From Octopus sinensis (Eukaryota): a stretch of DNA of 26,186 nucleotides. Each line of letters opens with the position of its first letter. Positions within the stretch are counted from its first letter, which is position 1. The stretch spans positions 1 through 26,186 of the forward strand of contig NW_021835599.1 in assembly GCF_006345805.1 (NCBI RefSeq), given 5' to 3'. Of the stretch, positions 20,194-26,186 are shown piece after piece. The notes beneath the pieces are model-generated. The model saw only the letters and a list, made by a program, of their open reading frames with translations. It was not told the DNA's origin and searched no databases. The position numbers were made by a program, and so were the translations under genes.

Positions 20194-20409
20194 TTTGACA
20201 AGCTTTGGGACACTACAATCGTTTTTTCCTGAATATGTATTGTGTGTCTCTTAAAAACACGAGATATACGTAACAGATAGTTTGTTCTTTGAATTTATTT
20301 GCATATGTGTTGCATATATTGTACGTTGTACATTTATGTAGGTGATACGACACATCAACCCGGGAATGGATCGGATAATCATAGGATAGACTTTGTGATG
20401 TGATAATAG

Positions 20410-21130
20410 AAGGGAACGGGAAGGTGGAGAAGGAGGAAATGGGATGAAGGAGAGGAAGGGGATGAAGGAGGAGAAGATGATGAAGGATAGAGGGGTGTAT
20501 GGGGAGGAGGGGGAAGGAAGAAGGGAGGAGGAGGAGGAGGAGGAAGATGTGGGAAGGGAGATGGGGATGAGGAGGAAGAGAGGGGAAGGGGAGGGGAAGA
20601 GGAGGAGGAGGAGGAGGAGTAATGGGAGAAGGGGAGGAGAGGAGGAGGGCAGGAGAGGGGGAGGGGACAAGAAGGAAAGTGAGGAGAATAATAACGATAA
20701 GAAGAAGAAGAAAAAGAATGATGATGAAGAATAATTAGAAAGAGAAGAGGAGGGAGATGAGAACCGAAATACGTGAGGAAATTCACTTGAGAAAGAAGAA
20801 AAGAAAGATTGATGAAAACGAAAGAAAGAATGGAAGATAACAGTAAAGAAGAAAAATGAATGATAGATAAGGAAAGAAAGAAAGAACGGAATACAAAGAA
20901 AAGTAGAAGAGAAAGAGAAAAGGAGGAAAGAAAAAGAAAGAAAAGAAGAAAAGAATGAAAGAATGGAAAATAGAAGGAAACAACGAAAGAAAGAGAAAAG
21001 GAGGGTGTAATAAAAGCAGAAAGATAGAAGGAACACAAGAAAGAGCTATGCAAAGAAAGACGAGCGACAAAAAGGAGAAGGAAAAGAAAGGAGAGGAAAG
21101 AAGGAATGAAAGAAGATGAAAGATGTAAGT
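20410..21130 (+). repeat. Purine-rich low-complexity tract ((GGA)n grading to (GAA/GAAA)n)
   Basis: Direct reading; source of the F/S/L-rich and E/R/G-rich spurious ORFs. Confidence 0.93.
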
Positions 21131-21405
21131 ATAATTCGTTGATAAGAAGTTCAGTAGAGCCAAATGGTGCCGAAAGTGTTCATGTACATATATTCTATAA
21201 TTTAGTTTCCGTTTTTGATTTTTTTAAATAACATATTTGTTTTTTTGTTTTGTTTTTTTTTTGTTTTTGGAATTGGTTTGAAGAACTGTCTGAGATAAGA
21301 CTAACTATTCTGGAGACCAAAGTTGCTGGAAATTACAGTCAAATAACTTAATCAGTTCTTTTATTTTAATTGTAGCTTGGTGGCAACGGAGACGGCAGAG
21401 GGAGA

Positions 21406-21830
21406 TTGTTAGAAGTTATATTATTATTATTGGTAATCTTGTTGATTTTATTTTTATTCATGTTATTACTGATTTCGTTCATGTTGTTGGTATTGCTGGT
21501 ATTCTTGGTACTTTTGTTGTTTGTTTGTTTTTTTGTGCTGTTGATGGTGGCGGTAATTCATTTGGTGAGGCTACAGTTGCTATTGTTGTAATTGGTATGC
21601 TTTTTATGTTGGTGATGATGACGATGATTATGATGGTGGTGGTGGGAGTGGTGGTGGCGTGGTGGTGATGATTGTTGTAGTTTTGGTGGTAGCAGTGAAA
21701 GTATATAGATGTACACAACGCAGATGATGACAATAATGATGACGATGATGAAGAGCAGGAGGAGGTGGAGGAGGAGGAGGAGGTAAGGCCAGGAGGAGGA
21801 AAAGGATACGGAGGACAGTGTTATCGTTAT
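21406..21830 (+). repeat. Mixed trinucleotide low-complexity tract (TTG/GAT/GGT/GGA)
   Basis: Direct reading. Confidence 0.85.
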
Positions 21831-21884
21831 GTTTTACTTTTTTGCTGTCCTTCGGACTGATTGGTTTAATATAATACAGATTTA

Positions 21885-21948
21885 TATTTACATGCATACA
21901 CATAGATACACACACGCACACACACATACACACACACATATATATATG

Positions 21949-21982
<34 letters not shown>

Positions 21983-22177
21983 GATATATATATACATATG
22001 TATATATATATATATATATGTGTGGTGTGTGTGTGTGTGTGTACATATACACATACACATATATATATATACATATGTATACATATGTGGGCATAAATTT
22101 GTGTATAGGCATGTATATATATATATAAATGTAAACACGCGCGCACACACACGCACACACGCACACACGTGCACACG

Positions 22178-22208
<31 letters not shown>

Positions 22209-22230
22209 TTATGTATATATATATATTTAC

Positions 22231-22294
<64 letters not shown>

Positions 22295-22521
22295 TATATA
22301 TATATATATTTATATATATATATATTTATATATATGTGTATGAGATTATCATTTCGTTCCTTGGTTGTACTTTACCTCCAGGAAAGTACAGTTACCTTTG
22401 GCTTTTCACAAAGATTTTAACTTTCATTTACTCTTTTCAGCTTATGTTATCTGTTCATTTGGCGTAATATATGCTTTATCTGATACATATAAATACTTAC
22501 ATGTAAATATATAAGTATATA

Positions 22522-22561
<40 letters not shown>

Positions 22562-22641
22562 CGTGCGTGCACGTGTGTGTGCATGTGTATGTGTATATAT
22601 ATATATATATATTATACATATATACATATGTATATACACAC

Positions 22642-22676
<35 letters not shown>

Positions 22677-22798
22677 TATGCGTGCATCATTATGTATGTG
22701 CATATATATATATATTTATGCATCTATGTATCTATACATATATATGCATCGATATTACATATCTATCTATCTATCTATCTCTCTCTCTCTCTCTCTTC

Positions 22799-22831
<33 letters not shown>

Positions 22832-22930
22832 TATATATATGTATGTATGTATACGCATATGTATATATTCACACAGAAATGTACATGCATACATACATAT
22901 CTACATACATACATACATACATACATACGT
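21885..22930. repeat. Compound (CA)n/(TA)n/(TG)n/(TC)n/(TACA)n arrays with a short unique island (about 22343-22500)
   Basis: Direct reading. Confidence 0.95.
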
Positions 22931-23029
22931 CACTTGAAAGCAGGAGTCCTGCTTGCCTATCTCCAAACAATTACATCAAATATGCTTAACTATGAATAAC
23001 TTATTTCACACCAAAAAACAAAGAGCATA

Positions 23030-23129
23030 GCATTAACAACAACAATAGTAAGAACAATCATAACGATAATTAATATTATTATTATTATTATTATTATTCA
23101 GTAGTTTTATTTTTATATTATTATTATTA

Positions 23130-23190
<61 letters not shown>

Positions 23191-23459
23191 GTTAGTATTA
23201 TTATAAACGTATTTTTTAACATATAACATATATGCTTGTTTCTTTTCTTCCTTATCATACTATTTTTTCTATCGTTTTCTAGGTGTTTTCACTGCTTCCT
23301 TAACATTTTGTTTCTTTCATGGGGTTTTTATTATTTTTTTTTTTTGCATCTTTGCCACCATAGCTGTCTCTTCCGGTTCGCAAATGTCGTCTGCTTTTTG
23401 CTACATTGCTATTTCAGAAGTATAATTGTACGAATAATAATAATGATGATGATAACAAT

Positions 23460-23538
<79 letters not shown>

Positions 23539-23560
23539 TAATAATATGAAGAAGAAGAAG

Positions 23561-23592
<32 letters not shown>

Positions 23593-23972
23593 TAATAATA
23601 ATAATAATAATAATTTTTTTAAAAATTTATTTATTAGACATTCACTTGTACAACACCAAAAAAAAACCCAAATATATGGCACACTAGGCATAACAACAAC
23701 GTGAACTTCCAACCTGTTGTCTCTTGAGGTCTCTGGGTGAGACTTGGAGCCAACTTGTACAAACATAAAGCAAAAGTCAAACATAGAACAATAATAATAA
23801 TAATCATTTCTTTATTGGCCACAAGGGCTGAAGCCAAAACGAATATACTTAACTATGAATACCGAGAACTTATGTTACACCAAGAAACTAAGAGCACAGC
23901 ATTAACAACAAAGAATAAACATAACGATGGTTATTATTATTACTATTGTCATTATTATTATTATTACTATTG

Positions 23973-24035
<63 letters not shown>

Positions 24036-24253
24036 TATTATTAAATTGGAGACACATGAGGTTTAATACAAAAATCGAGTAAACAATAAAATAACAATGG
24101 CAATTAACAATACAATTAAACAATAATATTCTCCCAAAAGGGGCGAGACAACCGAGGAACCCTACACTTTCTGGCTATCCCGACCGCTAGATGCACCCCA
24201 GCAGGCGCCTCTCTCCTTCTCAACTCCTCCCGTTTACAAACGAATGTTCAGTA

Positions 24254-24301
<48 letters not shown>

Positions 24302-24311
24302 CAATAATAAT
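23030..24311. repeat. (AAT)n/(ATT)n/(AAC)n arrays interleaved with non-LTR retrotransposon remnants
   Basis: Arrays at about 23070-23200, 23435-23615, 23930-24040 and 24253-24311. 23630-23795 reads like a LINE 3' end (GTCTCTTGAGGTCTCTGGGTGAGACTTGG...CAAAAGTCAAACAT) running into an (AAT)n tail. Confidence 0.8.
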
Positions 24312-24473
24312 ATTGTTTTCTTCTGCACTAATGCTGTGCTCGCATCCAATAAGTCCTCTTCCCACCCTTTTTCTTGGTACATACAGTCTGTTTGTTTCAC
24401 TTTTTGGGTGGAGTGTCCCATATCTAGTTAGCAACCACCTTACCTTTCAGTCTAAGCTGTTTAGTTCGTCTTC
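24312..24473 (-). mobile_element. Dong/R4-like LINE ORF relic (post-RT region)
   Basis: Minus: EDELNSLD*KVRWLLTRYGTLHPKSETNRLYVPRKRVGRGLIGCEHSISAEENN; matches the HPKS..DRLY.PR..GGRGL motif. Confidence 0.8.
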
Positions 24474-24630
24474 TTGTAATTTATCTGCTTCTTTTGGCAT
24501 TGCAATGCTCCTTATTCGATCATAATATTTTAAGTGTGATTGCTCTTGTTGTTGTTGTGGTTGTTGCCGTCGTTATTGCTGTTTCTTGAATAGTACTGCT
24601 GGATTTTTTTTTATATTTGTTTAAATCATA

Positions 24631-24915
24631 AGGCAGAATCGTTATCGCACCGGACAAAAAATTTAGCGGCATTTCGTCCATCTCTAAGTTCTTTAGTTCA
24701 ATCTCCGCCTTAGATGACGATAAAATAGGTGGCAGTTTTGTACTGAACTGAGATCGATGTAATCGACTCACCCCTCCCACAAAATTGCTCAACTTTGCCT
24801 TTCATCCTCCTTTTGGGGTCAATAAATTAAGTACCAGTTGCGTACTGGGGTGGCTCTAATCGACTGACATCCCTCCTCCAAAATTTCGGACCTTTTGCCT
24901 AGAGTAGAAAAGAAT
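24631..24915 (+). mobile_element. SINE family A copy with a related partial copy nested at about 24708-24790
   Basis: Head GGCAGAATCGTTA..TTAGTTCAATCTCCGCC; the host resumes at AACTTTGCCTTTCATCC; tail CCTAGAGTAGAAAAGAATA. Confidence 0.75.
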
Positions 24916-25029
24916 ATACAATTTGTAAGACACTGAAGATTATACGTATGAGAAGCGCTAAGCAATGATATGTACAAATAAAAACTTGTTACCACATCAA
25001 ATATGCTTGAAACATATTCGATCATGTGA

Positions 25030-25900
25030 GAAAACTATTGGCTGGGTTTGGTCACAGACAAAATATTTGTCTGCAACGAGACATTTACTCCTTAGCAAAA
25101 GGCAATGAATGGCTTCCTTACGGATTCGTATATACCTGAATCATATTTGAACTGGTTTTCGCTCTCACCCCGTACTTTATTTTCGGTGAGCTGCTGTATA
25201 GCACAACCAATCGTTGAACGATGATAAGAATATCATAAGAGGGACCTGTCAGTTCGCAGTGTTTACCTCTTCGGTCGTTGTTTCTGAAGAGCAGATAACC
25301 ACTCCGAAATGCACATATCCAACAGTTTGGTTAGGGAGAGCTGTAATCTGACTCGGTGTATTTACAATTTGTGTACAGCGAGAAATTTTCTCCGAGACAG
25401 AATACAGTGAATGGCTCTTTTACGGGTTTGTATATGTCTCAAGAATGTTTGAAGTGGTAACAAGTTTATAACTGAAATTTAAGTATGTTGGCAAAAAGTA
25501 TGTGGTAGCATTAAATATACTTACGTGTCGTTTTAAATTTTACTTCTATCGAATTATCTGAAGTTTTATGTAACTTCTAGTAGAGTTTTGACGTCTGTGC
25601 GCGTGTGGTATTTTTTATAATGTTCTATGCGATAGTTAGACATCAAAGGACTTTCTTTGTGTTGCTGGTAATAAGGGAAATAGGTGTGACATTATATCTG
25701 TTCTTGCGAAATAAGACGTCTTGTTGTCTGAGGTAAAGTTGGTGTCATTCCGCAGCTGTGTCTGGAGAAAATTGCGTGGATGTGAGTGTGATATTGTCTT
25801 CGCGTGAGGCTGTGCGAATGATTTGAAGACGTGTGAGGTCAGATAGGTTTACCTTGAAAACGATGGTTCAGAGAAGTAGGAGGAGAAAGAATGTCAAGCA
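25030..25900 (-). mobile_element. Probable Penelope-like element relic (decayed GIY-YIG C-terminus plus terminal repeats)
   Basis: Frameshifted minus-strand pieces resembling IAEH..KN..RA...NFRI.DRS; roughly 50-bp degenerate direct repeats at 25106 and 25409; hammerhead relic at 25277-25323 (on +). Heavily decayed. Confidence 0.4.
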
Positions 25901-25934
25901 GGATATTATATAAAATATATATTTACATAATATA

Positions 25935-26186
25935 TTTACTCTTTTACTCTTTTGTTTTTTGCAGTTATTTCACTATGGCCATGCTAGAGCACCGCCTTTA
26001 GTCGAGCAATTCGACGCCAGGACTTATTCTTTTTTAAGCCTAGTACTTATTCTATCGGACACTTTGCCGAACTGCTACGTTACTGGGACGTAAACACACC
26101 ACTATCGGTTGTCAAGCGATGTAGGGGGGACAAACACAGACACGCAAACATACACACAGACATAATATATATATATATACACATAT
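25935..26186 (-). mobile_element. SINE family B 3' half (runs off window)
   Basis: Reverse complement of the 18200-18388 tail: TGGCCATGCTAGAGCACCGCC..CCAGGACTTATTCTT..AGTACTTATTCTATCGG. Confidence 0.87.

Noticed and set aside
21355-21400. Splice-acceptor-like sites in unique islands (TTTAATTGTAG at about 21372; TCTTTTCAG at about 22440)
   Set aside because: No convincing donor, frame or recognisable peptide.
20251-21733. Long F/S/L-rich, E/R/G-rich and poly-T/H ORFs (up to 261 aa)
   Set aside because: Low-complexity repeats that lack stop codons by composition.
24130-24245. GC-rich segment with TTCCTCGG (minus) as an HDV-like ribozyme of the R4-like LINE
   Set aside because: I could not build P3, P1.1 or P4 by hand; it needs an RNAmotif or Infernal search to revisit.

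Overview
Repeat-dense animal genomic DNA. The SINE families and extreme (TA)n/(AAT)n microsatellite load suggest a coleoid cephalopod, probably Octopus (inference from recognition, not a search). One host gene is supported: a divergent + strand alpha-tubulin with exon 2 at 12445-12661 and exon 3 at 13562-14685 (447 aa with a 3-nt first coding exon whose position is ambiguous). It lacks the K40 acetylation lysine, keeps the EEY tail and has a MITE in intron 2. The flanks are a transposon mosaic: a stop-free CR1-group LINE ORF2 fragment missed by the ORF track (2-898, -), an internally deleted Helitron, Helentron/DINE-1-like HINEs, mariner and Dong/R4-like relics, four tRNA-derived SINE families and Penelope-like remnants. 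The most notable unannotated signal is a type I hammerhead ribozyme with a complete catalytic core at 4703-4787 (-). Two degenerate hammerhead motifs lie within about 430 bp on the same strand, and a fourth relic is near 25284 (+). All calls were made by eye; family names need Dfam/Repbase/Rfam confirmation.
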